Shown here: positions 45,447 to 54,366 of the stretch, piece after piece
Numbering within the stretch: position 1 is the first letter of the stretch
Layout of the letters: each line of letters starts with the position of its first letter
NCBI GenBank assembly: GCA_965203165.1
Contig: OZ241849.1
Coordinates: forward strand, 2,766,861-2,830,860
Direction of reading: 5' to 3'
DNA length: 64,000 bases
DNA from: Dehalococcoidia bacterium
Lineage (GTDB): Bacteria > Chloroflexota > Dehalococcoidia > Bin125
Made by a program: the position numbers and the translations under genes
The notes under the pieces: generated by a model
Seen by the model: the letters and a program-made list of their open reading frames with translations, nothing else
What the model was told of the DNA's origin: nothing
The model's database searches: none

Positions 45447-47252
45447 TTGCCCGATCGGGGGGGGGGGGGGGATAAATTCCTCCCGATCGCCCTTGCGATC
45501 GCCGTCCTGCTGCTCGCTGCACTGACCCTCGCCCAGGCTGCTACACCCGGTTCTACTGGCCGCTATCTGGCGCTTGATGCTGGTGGCGAACACCAATGCA
45601 CATTGCGCGATGACGGGGTGATTCGCTGCTGGGGCGGCAACTCATCCGAGCTGCGCGATGTTCCCGACGGGCGCTACGCGGCGGTGAGTGCTGGGGCGTG
45701 GCACAACTGCGCGATTCGGAGGGAGAGCGGGGAGGTTGCCTGCTGGGGCAGCGACTCGAACGCGCCTGACGGCGCGTTCAGCGAGATCGCCGTGGGCTGG
45801 CAGTTCGCCTGCGGCGTGCGCGATACGGGTGAGCTCGAGTGCTGGGGGACCAGCAGCTACGGGCGCAGCGTGCTCGATTATGGGCAGGCGGAGCCGCCGG
45901 AGGGGGAATTCAGCGCGGTTAGCGCTGGCTTCCTCCACGCCTGCGGACTGCGGACAACGGGCGAGCTCGTCTGTTGGGGACGTGGCAGCCTTGGGCGGAC
46001 TGACGCGCCTGATGGCGTCTTCACGCAGGTGAGCTCGGGGACCACCCACTCCTGCGCGCTGCGTGAGGGTGGCGCGGTGGAGTGCTGGGGGCTGAACAAC
46101 TTTGGGCAACTCAACGCGCCATCGGGCGTCTTCGCGCAGGTTAGCGCGGGGGCGTGGCATTCGTGCGGACTGCGGGAGTCGGGCGCAATCGAGTGTTGGG
46201 GCGACGATCGCTACGGGCAGTCCAACGCCCCGTCGGGGCGCTATCTCGCTGTGAGCGCAGGAATGCGGCATTCGTGCGCCCTAAGCCGCACGGGCACGCG
46301 CTGTTGGGGCGGACAGGATGATCGCCTACCTGAGCTGGTTGCGGAGCTCGCGCCGACAACAGCTACCCGGACCGTCGCGGATACTTCGGACGAGGACGAG
46401 GGCGGCGCAACGCCCGAACCGTCCACGCCAACGCCAACTCCCACGCCCACTCCGACGCCGACCACGTTCACCGCAATCAGCGCGGGCGGTTTCCACACCT
46501 GCGCGCTGCGTAGCACGGGCACGATCGCCTGCTGGGGCATCGGCAGCAACAACCGACTCACCGCTCCGTCGGGCACGTTCACAGCAGTGAGCGCCGGCGC
46601 CTCGCACACGTGCGCGCTGCGCAGCAGCGGCGCGATCGCGTGCTGGGGTCTGAACACCAACAGCCGTACCACGCCGCCCTCAGGCAGCTTTACTACGCTT
46701 GGCAGCGGCCCCAGCGCGTCGCACACCTGCGCGGTGGCGAGCGGCGGCACGATTGAGTGTTGGGGTAGCGACGCCTCTGGCCAGGCTGACACCACCGCGC
46801 TGACGGGCACGTTCAGCGTTGTCAGCGGGGGTGGCGACCACAGCTGCGCGCTACGCAGCACCGGGGCGGTTCACTGCTGGGGAGCCGGTCAGACCGCCAC
46901 GCCGACGGGCACGTTCACCGCTGTCAGCGCCGGTGGCAGTCACACCTGCGGCTTGCGCAGCAGCGGGGCGGTCCACTGCTGGGGCGACAACGCTAACGGT
47001 CGGATCGACGCGCAGACGGGCACCTTCACCGCCGTCAGCGCCGGTGGCAGTCACACCTGCGGCTTGCGCAGCAGCGGGGCGATCGAGTGCTGGGGTCTGA
47101 ACACCAACAGCCAGACCACAGTCGCGGCGGGGACGTACACAGCGGTCGCGGCGGGACATCAGCACACCTGCGGGATTAAGACCGACGGGACGATCGCCTG
47201 TTGGGGCGACAACACCCACGGCCAGGCGCCGCCCGCGGGTGTGTCGCCGTGA
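45447..47252 (+). CDS. Secreted RCC1-repeat protein (two propeller blocks joined by a PT-rich linker)
   Basis: Signal-like KFLPIALAIAVLLLAALTLAQA. At least 12 repeats of H.C.LR..G...CWG.N..GQ. Linker PTPTPTPTPTPTT. Only a TTG start is available in the present frame (see the G15 tract). Confidence 0.75.
   Translation: MPDRGGGGDKFLPIALAIAVLLLAALTLAQAATPGSTGRYLALDAGGEHQCTLRDDGVIRCWGGNSSELRDVPDGRYAAVSAGAWHNCAIRRESGEVACWGSDSNAPDGAFSEIAVGWQFACGVRDTGELECWGTSSYGRSVLDYGQAEPPEGEFSAVSAGFLHACGLRTTGELVCWGRGSLGRTDAPDGVFTQVSSGTTHSCALREGGAVECWGLNNFGQLNAPSGVFAQVSAGAWHSCGLRESGAIECWGDDRYGQSNAPSGRYLAVSAGMRHSCALSRTGTRCWGGQDDRLPELVAELAPTTATRTVADTSDEDEGGATPEPSTPTPTPTPTPTPTTFTAISAGGFHTCALRSTGTIACWGIGSNNRLTAPSGTFTAVSAGASHTCALRSSGAIACWGLNTNSRTTPPSGSFTTLGSGPSASHTCAVASGGTIECWGSDASGQADTTALTGTFSVVSGGGDHSCALRSTGAVHCWGAGQTATPTGTFTAVSAGGSHTCGLRSSGAVHCWGDNANGRIDAQTGTFTAVSAGGSHTCGLRSSGAIECWGLNTNSQTTVAAGTYTAVAAGHQHTCGIKTDGTIACWGDNTHGQAPPAGVSP
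45457..45471 (+). repeat. G15 homopolymer in the first codons of the RCC1 gene
   Basis: 15 consecutive G residues counted at 45457-45471. Confidence 0.95.
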
Positions 47253-47255
47253 GCG

Positions 47256-47815
47256 GTTCCTGCCTGCGCAGGAATGACGGGGGAGGGCGCAGGAATGACG
47301 GGTGGAGGGGCGCAGGTTCCTGCCTGCGCAGGAATGACGGAGGGGGGGCGCGGGAATGACGGAGGGCGGGGGGTTGGTGGGGTGCGTGTTGGCGGCGTGG
47401 CGTGGGGTTGGTGCTGGTTCGTTGCCTCCCACCCCCCACCTAACCTCCCCCCTGGTAGGGGGGAGGGATGAATTGGGGAGGAGGTGAGGGGGTTGGGAGA
47501 TGTGTGAGGCGGGTGGGTTCCTGCCTGCGCAGGAATGACGGGGAGGGGCGCAGGTATGACGGAGGGGGGAAGCGCGGTGGGTTCCTGCCTGCGCAGGAAT
47601 GACGGGATGGGGGCGCGGGAATGACGGAGGGCGGGGGGTTGGTGGGGTGCGTGTTGGCGGCGTGGCGTGGGGTTGGTGCTGGTTCGTTGCCTCCCACCCC
47701 CCACCTAACCTCCCCCCTGGTAGGGGGGAGGGATGAATTGGGGAGGGGGAGGGAGCGGGAGATGTGTGAGGCGGGTGGGTTCCTGCCTACGCAGGAATGA
47801 CGGATAGGGGCGCAG
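47256..47815. repeat. Tandem ~262-265 bp unit (2 copies plus a partial) built from family-2 hairpins and a G/C-tract hairpin
   Basis: GGTTCC hairpins at 47255, 47315, 47516, 47580 and 47778. About 130 bp are identical at 47350-47480 and 47613-47745, including CCTCCCCCC-TGGTA-GGGGGGAGG at 47444-47466 and 47709-47731. Confidence 0.9.
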
Positions 47816-48861
47816 GCTTTAGGCTGTGGGGCGTGTCTGACGCGAACGGCCGCGGGGCGCTCCGCTATGGGGTGCTGCAATTCTTCTCCTGGCCGGGGCG
47901 GCGCGTGCCTTTGCCGACCGTCTACGAGCGGGCGTTGCAGCGGATCGATGTGATGGACGAGACGGGCTACGACTGCGTCTGGCTGGCCGAGCACCACTTC
48001 AACACCTACAGCGTCTGCCCCTCGGTGCATCTGATGGGCATGCACGTGGCGGGGCGCACGCAGAACATTCGGATCGGCACGGCGGTCACGCTGGCCTCGT
48101 TCTACCACCCGCTGCGGATCGCCGAGGAGGTGGCGCTGCTCGATGTGCTCTCGGGCGGGCGGGTCAATTGGGGCGCGGGGCGCGGCTTCGACCAGACCGA
48201 GTTTCGCGCGTTCGACGTGCCGGTCGAGGAGTCCTATCCGCGCTTCCGCGAGAGCGTGCAGATCGTGCTCGAGGCCTGGCGCAACGAGCGCGTGACCTGG
48301 CACGGCGACTACTACGATTTCGACGAGATCGAGGTGCTGCCCAAGCCGCAGCAGCAGCCGACGCCGCCCTTCTGGGTCGCCGCCGGCTCGGACGACGCGC
48401 TCGACTGGGCGGGCGAGCAGGGCTACTCGATCCTGATGGATCCGCACGCGGCGCACGCCGAGATCGGCGAGAAGCGGCGCCGCTACATCCGCGCGCTGGA
48501 GAATGCCGGTCACACGCTTGAGGGCCGCACGCTGCCGATGGCGCGGCTGATCGCCGTCGCCGAAACAGACGCCGAGGCCGAAGCGATCGCCCGCAACGGG
48601 GCGCAGTGGACGGTCGGCTCCTACGGCGCCGGCAGCAAGGTGCGGAAGGTCGGCGTCGCCCCGCGCGACGACGCCGGGCGCGGCGTGGATCCGGTGCAGC
48701 GCTACGTCGACGATGTCGTGATTCACGGCTCGGCGAGCAAAGTGGCGGACACGATCGCCGAGCTGCGCGAGACGATCGCGCTGGACTACCTGATCATCGC
48801 GCCCTTCTCGCACGACTCGTTCGTGCGCTTCACCAACGACGTGCTGCCCAGAATCGCCTGA
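47797..48861 (+). CDS. LLM-class (luciferase-like) flavin-dependent oxidoreductase
   Basis: YDCVWLAEHHF and RIGTAVTLASFYHPLRIAEEVALLDVLSGGRVNWGAGRG. ATG 47797 lies inside a repeat unit, so the true start may be GTG 47833. Confidence 0.8.
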   Translation: MTDRGAGFRLWGVSDANGRGALRYGVLQFFSWPGRRVPLPTVYERALQRIDVMDETGYDCVWLAEHHFNTYSVCPSVHLMGMHVAGRTQNIRIGTAVTLASFYHPLRIAEEVALLDVLSGGRVNWGAGRGFDQTEFRAFDVPVEESYPRFRESVQIVLEAWRNERVTWHGDYYDFDEIEVLPKPQQQPTPPFWVAAGSDDALDWAGEQGYSILMDPHAAHAEIGEKRRRYIRALENAGHTLEGRTLPMARLIAVAETDAEAEAIARNGAQWTVGSYGAGSKVRKVGVAPRDDAGRGVDPVQRYVDDVVIHGSASKVADTIAELRETIALDYLIIAPFSHDSFVRFTNDVLPRIA

Positions 48862-48876
48862 CGAACGGAGTACCGC

Positions 48877-49731
48877 ATGGCCTACGAATTCATCACCCTG
48901 GAGCGCAAAGGCAACCACGACGGCATCGCCTGGCTCGAGCTGAACCGCCCGGAGAAGCTCAACGCGCTCACCTTCCCGCTGCTCGAGGAGCTGTACGACG
49001 CGCTGACGACGCTGCGGATGGATCGCACCGCGCGGGTGCTGGTGATCACGGGCAAGGGGCGCGGTTTCTGCGCGGGGATGGATCACGCCGGCGCGGGGCG
49101 CGGCCAGACCGATTTCTGGGATCGCAACCCCGACCCGCTGGTCGGCTCGCCCGCGCCGCAGGGGCACGTCGACAACGAGGGCGGGCGGCTCAACTTCCGC
49201 TACGAGACGAAGACCTTCGCCGAGCTGCGGCGGTTGGACATCCCGGTGATCGCCGGGGTCAACGGCGCTTGCGTGGGGGCCGGTTTCGACATGGCCTGCC
49301 TCGCCGACCTCGCGGTGGCCTCGACCAGCGCGCGCTACCAGGTGGCCTATGTCAAGCGCGGGCTCTACGCGGACCTGGGCGGCTTCTGGGCGATCCCCAA
49401 GATCATCGGCTGGCGCAAGGCGATGGAGATGATGTTCACGGGGCGCTTCATGAGCGCGGAGGAGGGCCACGAAGCGGGCGTGAGCAACTACCTCGTGCCG
49501 GCCGAGGATTTCGAGCAGCGGCTGCTGGAGTTCGCCGAGGAGGTGGAGGCGGGCCCGCCGATCGGCCAGAAGGTGGGCAAGCTGATGGCCTACCGCACGG
49601 CCAACCTGGACTACGAGAGCGCGCTCGAAATCTCCGGCGCGGTGCTGCCGCTGGTGCAGGAGTCGTTCGACCGGATCGAGGGGGTGCAGAGTTTCGTCGA
49701 GCGGCGCGAGCCCAAGTTCTCCGGGTTCTAG
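48877..49731 (+). CDS. Enoyl-CoA hydratase/isomerase (crotonase) family protein
   Basis: IAWLELNRPEKLNAL, VITGKGRGFCAGMD and AGVNGACVGAGFDMA. Confidence 0.85.
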   Translation: MAYEFITLERKGNHDGIAWLELNRPEKLNALTFPLLEELYDALTTLRMDRTARVLVITGKGRGFCAGMDHAGAGRGQTDFWDRNPDPLVGSPAPQGHVDNEGGRLNFRYETKTFAELRRLDIPVIAGVNGACVGAGFDMACLADLAVASTSARYQVAYVKRGLYADLGGFWAIPKIIGWRKAMEMMFTGRFMSAEEGHEAGVSNYLVPAEDFEQRLLEFAEEVEAGPPIGQKVGKLMAYRTANLDYESALEISGAVLPLVQESFDRIEGVQSFVERREPKFSGF

Positions 49732-49751
49732 GCGGCGAAAGGCGAACTGCG

Positions 49752-49958
49752 ATGTGCCGCAGCATCAAGCGTCTGCGCGCGCGCGAGGGCGAGACGCCGC
49801 CGCAGGAGGTGGAGGAGGCGGCGCTGCAATTCGTGCGCAAGGTCTCCGGCATGCGCCAGCCGTCGCAGCGCAACGCCCCGGCCTTTGAGCAGGCGGTCCG
49901 GGAGGTTGCGGCGGCCACCGAGCGGTTGCTGGGCCGGCTGCCTCCGCTCCAGCGCTAG
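49752..49958 (+). CDS. DUF2277-family small protein
   Basis: MCRSIKRLR....PP.EVEEAALQFVRKVSGMRQPSQRN..AFEQAV is characteristic of DUF2277. Confidence 0.65.
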   Translation: MCRSIKRLRAREGETPPQEVEEAALQFVRKVSGMRQPSQRNAPAFEQAVREVAAATERLLGRLPPLQR

Positions 49959-49959
49959 C

Positions 49960-50195
49960 GGGCGGGGGTTGGGGAGGCGGGAACGGGCATGGTGCGCAGT
50001 GCGGCGAGATACCCGCGGCGAGCGCGGGTATGACGGGTCTCTTTTGCGCAGGTCTGGCGGGTCTTTTTTGCGCGGGTATGACGGAGGTGGTGGCGCGGGT
50101 ATGACGGAGGTGGTGGCGTGGGTGTGGCGGAGGTGGTGGCGTGGGTGTGACGGAGGTGTGGGTGCGGGTGTGGGGGAGGGGAGCGCAGGGGGGTG
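49960..50195. repeat. Family-1 repeats (reverse orientation hairpin plus half-sites)
   Basis: gcggcgagatacccgcggcgagcgcgggtatgacgg at about 50001-50036, followed by GCGCGGGTATGACGGAGGTGGTG iterations. Confidence 0.85.
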
Positions 50196-50253
50196 GTAGC
50201 GTATGCGGTGTGTATGAACGGGACCCAGGCGCGGCGGGCGCGCGGAGCATCGC

Positions 50254-51423
50254 ATGACCAACTTTTCTCTTTCGGAAGCGGACCGGATGGTGCAGCGGAC
50301 GGCGCATGAGTTTGCGGCCAATGAGGTGCGGCCCGTCGCGCAGGAGTACGACGAGCGCAACGAGTTCGCCTGGGATGTGGCGGCCAAGGCGGCGGAGATC
50401 GGGCTGACCGGCGTGCCGCTGGGCGGGCAGGCCGCGGAGCCGGGCATCACGGCGATGATCACCGCCGAGGAGCTCTCCTGGGGCTGCGCCGGGATCGCCT
50501 TGGGAACGCAGGTGAGCGGGCTGGCGGCGACGGCGATCTCGGTGATCGGCAGCGAGGAGCAGTGCGAGCGCTTCCTGCCAATGTGTACGGCGGGCGACGA
50601 CGGCCGGCTGCGGCTCGGCGCGCTGGCGCTGACCGAGCCCGACGCCGGCTCCGACGCCGGCGCGATCCAGACCCGCGCGGTGCGCGACGGCGATGAGTAT
50701 GTGATTAACGGCACCAAGCGCTTCATCACCGGCGGCGGCATCGCGGACCTGACGGTCGTCTTCGCCCGCGAGGGCGACGGCGCGGGCTGGCGCGATGTGT
50801 CGGCGTTCGTCGTGCCCAACGACGCGCCGGGTTTCTCGCAGCTCAAGGTGTGGGACAAGATGGGCATCCGCGCCAGCCACACGGCGGACCTGGCGTTCGA
50901 CGAGGTGCGCATTCCCGCCGACCACCGGCTGGGCATTCCTGATCCGGAGTTCCGCAGCGGCGGCAAGGGGGCGCTGGGCACGCTGGCGGCGACGCGGCCC
51001 TGGATCGGCGCGTTCGCCGTCGGCCTCGCGCGCGCGGCCTTCGAGTACGCCGCCGATTACGCCCGCGAGCGCAAGACGTTCAACACGCCGCTGATCGAGC
51101 ATCAGGGCGTGGGCTTCATGCTGGCCGACATGGACATCGCGATCGACGCGGCGCGGCTGCTCACCTGGCGCGCCGGCGAGATGGCCTCGTCGGGCCAGCA
51201 GTTCCCGCTGGAGGAGGCGAGCAAGGCCAAGACATTCGCCTCGGACACGGCGATGAAGGTCACGACCGACGCGGTGCAGGTCTGTGGCGGGGTGGGCTTC
51301 ATGCGCGAGATGCCGCTGGAGAAGTGGATGCGCGACGCGAAAATCTTCCAAATCTTCGAGGGCGCAAACCAAATCCAGCGGATGGTGATTGCGCGGAACA
51401 TTCAGGAGCGGCATTTCGTCTAG
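50254..51423 (+). CDS. Acyl-CoA dehydrogenase
   Basis: ACAD N/M/C pattern: ALTEPDAGSD, KRFITGG and QIFEGANQIQR. Confidence 0.9.
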   Translation: MTNFSLSEADRMVQRTAHEFAANEVRPVAQEYDERNEFAWDVAAKAAEIGLTGVPLGGQAAEPGITAMITAEELSWGCAGIALGTQVSGLAATAISVIGSEEQCERFLPMCTAGDDGRLRLGALALTEPDAGSDAGAIQTRAVRDGDEYVINGTKRFITGGGIADLTVVFAREGDGAGWRDVSAFVVPNDAPGFSQLKVWDKMGIRASHTADLAFDEVRIPADHRLGIPDPEFRSGGKGALGTLAATRPWIGAFAVGLARAAFEYAADYARERKTFNTPLIEHQGVGFMLADMDIAIDAARLLTWRAGEMASSGQQFPLEEASKAKTFASDTAMKVTTDAVQVCGGVGFMREMPLEKWMRDAKIFQIFEGANQIQRMVIARNIQERHFV

Positions 51424-51473
51424 GGGAGCTGGGTACCGCCCGGGCGGAACCTCGCAACAGCGGGGAGCTGACG

Positions 51474-52019
51474 ATGCCGAAGGCAGGGGCAGGCAGGTTC
51501 GCGGTGATCGGGCTGCTGCTGGCGGGCGCGCTGCTCATCGCGTGCGGCGGCGCTGACGGCCCGCCGACCGGCGCGGACCTGGAGCAGGCCACGTACCTCA
51601 CGGAGAGCGCCGACGCGGGCGAAGCGACACTCGAGGATGGCGAGTTTCGCGAGCCGCTCGCGCCCGGCTCGGCCGGCGAGCTCATAATCCAGCTCGGCAA
51701 GTGGGCACCCGGCGATCTTGACGGAGAGGGCGGCGGCGACGCCGCGGCGATCACGATCGAGCAGACCGGCGGCAGCGGCACGTTCTATTTCGTGCATGCG
51801 CTAGTCGGCGAAGACGGCGATCTGCGCGATGCGGGCGTCGCCTTTCTGGGCGACCGCATCCGGGTTGAGGGCGTTTCAATCCACGATGGCGCGATCACCG
51901 TCGCGCTGCTCGACCGCGCGCCGGATGCGGCGATGGCGTCGGCGCCGACGGTCGCGGTGATTCGGCGCTTCACACTTCAGGGCGGAGCGCTGGTGGAGCT
52001 CGAAGTCGGCAGCCGCTGA
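51474..52019 (+). CDS. Lipoprotein of unknown function
   Basis: Signal peptide with lipobox LLIAC|GG. ATG 51474 follows GGGGAG. Confidence 0.6.
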   Translation: MPKAGAGRFAVIGLLLAGALLIACGGADGPPTGADLEQATYLTESADAGEATLEDGEFREPLAPGSAGELIIQLGKWAPGDLDGEGGGDAAAITIEQTGGSGTFYFVHALVGEDGDLRDAGVAFLGDRIRVEGVSIHDGAITVALLDRAPDAAMASAPTVAVIRRFTLQGGALVELEVGSR

Positions 52020-52048
52020 TCGCGTGAATGTGCGGGGGCTGTTGCGGA

Positions 52049-53491
52049 TCAGATCAGGCGCGGCTGCTGGGTGCCAATCGGCGGCGGCAGCTCGGGCCGC
52101 CGGCCGGCGAACAGGTCCTCGATCGACCAGAGTTGGATTTTCGCGTAGTCCTGGCTGCCGATCCGAACAGTGCCGGCGCGCGCCGCTTCGGCGTGCGCGC
52201 CGTGGCGCGGGCCCAGCGCTTCGAGCGTGATGAACACGCCCAGATCGGCGTCGTCGCGATCGAGCGCGGTGACGAATGCGTCGAGGTCGCCGCGGCTGAC
52301 TGCGCCCGATTTGACCTGCGCGACGGCGCGTCCTCCATAGTCGCGCCCGCCCTCGCCGTTCCTGGCGAAGCGCATCCGCCCGTCGATGCCGCCGTCGCCG
52401 CCCGGCTTCGGATTAGGGCGAAAGCCGGCCAGCCGGGTGATCGCCCAGGCCTCGAACTGGAAGGCGCTGCGGCGGGCGAGGTCGCGCGCGCTGATCATGT
52501 CCTGGGGCGCGCCGAACACCCGCGCGTCGGCATTCAGTTCGCGCAGCCGATCTTCGACCAGGCCGATCGCGAGGTGCGTGATGTCGATGCCGCACCAGCG
52601 CCGCCCGAGCTGCTCGGCGGCGACCATCGCCGTGCCGCAGCCGCAGAACGGGTCCAGGATCAGGTCGCCGGGGTTGGACGACGCTTCGATGATGCGGTGC
52701 AGCAACCGAAGCGGCTTCTGCGTGTCATAGCCGACGCGCTCGCGGGCGGAGGGCGCGATGATGCTGATTTCCCAGACGTCGGACATCGGCGCGCCGGGCG
52801 ACTCTTCGTCCGTCAGTCCAGGCTTGCGGCGGCCGCTGGAGAAATCCGCGACCTGTCGGCGCGTGCCGAACCGCTCCAGCGTCGACTCCGGCAAGTCCTC
52901 GTAGAGCTGGTTGAAGATGCGCGGCTCGTCGGCGTCTTTGGCGTAGAAGAAGATCGTGTCGTGCATGCGCTGGAAGCGGTTCTGCTTGGCCGGCCAGCGG
53001 CGGTAGCGCCAGACGATCTCGTTCTGGAAGCGGTCTGCGCCGAAGATCGCATCGAGCACCAGCTTGAGCGGATGCGCCGCCGTTGGATCGCAGTGCAGAA
53101 AGATGCCGCCGCCGGGCTTCAGCACCCGGTGCAGCTCGACGAGCCGAATGGACATCATCGCCAAATACGCGGTCATCTGGTTGCGGCCCCAGGCGCGCAC
53201 CAGCGCTTCGAGCAGGACGCCCGCTTGCGGCGAGGTTGCGCGGTCGCTTAGCAGCTCCGCCAGCGCGTACTCGGAGTCGGCGCCCCAATGCCAGGTGTCG
53301 TCAAAGGCTTCGAGTTGCGCGGGCGGCGCGTCGCCGGCTTCGTCGCGGAAGAGGATGTTGTAGGTCGAGTCGGACTTGAACGGGGGGTCGAGATAGATCA
53401 GGTCCACCGACTCGTCGGGAATCTGCTCGCGCAGAACCGCCAGATTGTCGCCGTAGAAGAGCGCGCCGTGCAGCTGGTCCGGGGTCATCAT
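52049..53491 (-). CDS. Beta-class DNA methyltransferase (N6-A/N4-C) fused to a C-terminal Mrr-like restriction-endonuclease domain
   Basis: Motif IV IYLDPPF precedes motif I ILDPFCGCGT. The C-terminus GGDGGIDGRMRF.....AVAQVKSG...R.DLDAFV......GVFITL resembles the Mrr_cat core. Confidence 0.75.
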   Translation of the reverse strand: MMTPDQLHGALFYGDNLAVLREQIPDESVDLIYLDPPFKSDSTYNILFRDEAGDAPPAQLEAFDDTWHWGADSEYALAELLSDRATSPQAGVLLEALVRAWGRNQMTAYLAMMSIRLVELHRVLKPGGGIFLHCDPTAAHPLKLVLDAIFGADRFQNEIVWRYRRWPAKQNRFQRMHDTIFFYAKDADEPRIFNQLYEDLPESTLERFGTRRQVADFSSGRRKPGLTDEESPGAPMSDVWEISIIAPSARERVGYDTQKPLRLLHRIIEASSNPGDLILDPFCGCGTAMVAAEQLGRRWCGIDITHLAIGLVEDRLRELNADARVFGAPQDMISARDLARRSAFQFEAWAITRLAGFRPNPKPGGDGGIDGRMRFARNGEGGRDYGGRAVAQVKSGAVSRGDLDAFVTALDRDDADLGVFITLEALGPRHGAHAEAARAGTVRIGSQDYAKIQLWSIEDLFAGRRPELPPPIGTQQPRLI

Positions 53492-53547
53492 CGTCGTGAG
53501 CCTAGCGTAGCTCTCGGCGCGGGCAGATCAGGCGCCGCCTAGGACCT

Positions 53548-53757
53548 GTTCACACTTCCGCTGCGCCCATGCCCTCGTCGTACCCGCGCAACGTAGATCC
53601 GTCATTCCTGCGCAGGCAGGAACCACCCGCGCACGCCCCCTCAGGCATCCGGCGGTGCTCAAACGCCGCCTCGGCAACCCGTCGGAAAGTCGTGGCGCGT
53701 ATCCACGTTGGAGGTCGCCTGGGTTCCTGCCTACGCAGGAATGACGGAAGTGTGAAC
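53548..53757. mobile_element. MITE-like element with family-2 terminal hairpins and a 13-bp outer inverted repeat
   Basis: GTTCACACTTCCG (53548-53560) pairs with CGGAAGTGTGAAC (53745-53757). Inner ends are CCGTCATTCCTGCGCAGGCAGGAACC (from 53599) and GGTTCCTGCCTACGCAGGAATGACGG (to 53747). Confidence 0.75.
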
Positions 53758-53762
53758 ACGCC

Positions 53763-53873
53763 CTAGAGCGCGCCGGTCCATTCGAGTAGCATCCAGACCA
53801 TCATGCCGACGAAACCCGCGCCCAGCGCCAGCTGGAACAGAATCAAGAGCTCGGTCGGTCCTCGTCGCGGCAT
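53763..53873 (-). CDS. Possible 36-aa hydrophobic peptide
   Basis: MPRRGPTELLILFQLALGAGFVGMMVWMLLEWTGAL with GGGAGG upstream. Uncertain. Confidence 0.25.
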   Translation of the reverse strand: MPRRGPTELLILFQLALGAGFVGMMVWMLLEWTGAL

Positions 53874-53933
53874 GGGGCGCCTCCCGCTTGACCGCTCGCC
53901 GGGCGGTTCCATGCACAGCATAGACGCCGACCG

Positions 53934-54254
53934 ATGACGCTCGCGGAGTGGCGCGATATTGGGTTGATCGCGATCGCGGCGGGCTTCGGCGTGTTCTCGC
54001 TGATCTGGCTGATCGTCGTGCTGATCGCCGCGCGGATCGGCTTGCGGGTTGTCCGCGCGCTGCGGCGGGCGCACGACGAGCGGCTGCTGGGCGCGCTGGC
54101 GAGCGCCGAGCAGCGCCAGAACGCCTGGCGCGAGGAGGGGCTGCTCGGACCGCGGGGGCTGGTCGAGCTCGCCCGCCGCGCCGCCGCCCTGCGGCCTCGC
54201 CAGAAGCCCAAGCCCAAGCGCCGGCTCTGGGGTCTGCTGCCGCCCGCCCGCTGA
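53934..54254 (+). CDS. Small membrane-anchored protein (106 aa), unknown function
   Basis: One TM (IGLIAIAAGFGVFSLIWLIVVLIAA) followed by a basic coiled region. High GC3 in this frame. Confidence 0.45.
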   Translation: MTLAEWRDIGLIAIAAGFGVFSLIWLIVVLIAARIGLRVVRALRRAHDERLLGALASAEQRQNAWREEGLLGPRGLVELARRAAALRPRQKPKPKRRLWGLLPPAR

Positions 54255-54366
54255 CGGGGCTTCCGCATTCGCCCGTCCGCTGTTTGCCATGCGCGGCTGT
54301 GTGGCCTACCCTTGCGCCGATCGCGGCTGTGCGGACGCGCGCCGCGCTACCTGGAAGGGACATGCC

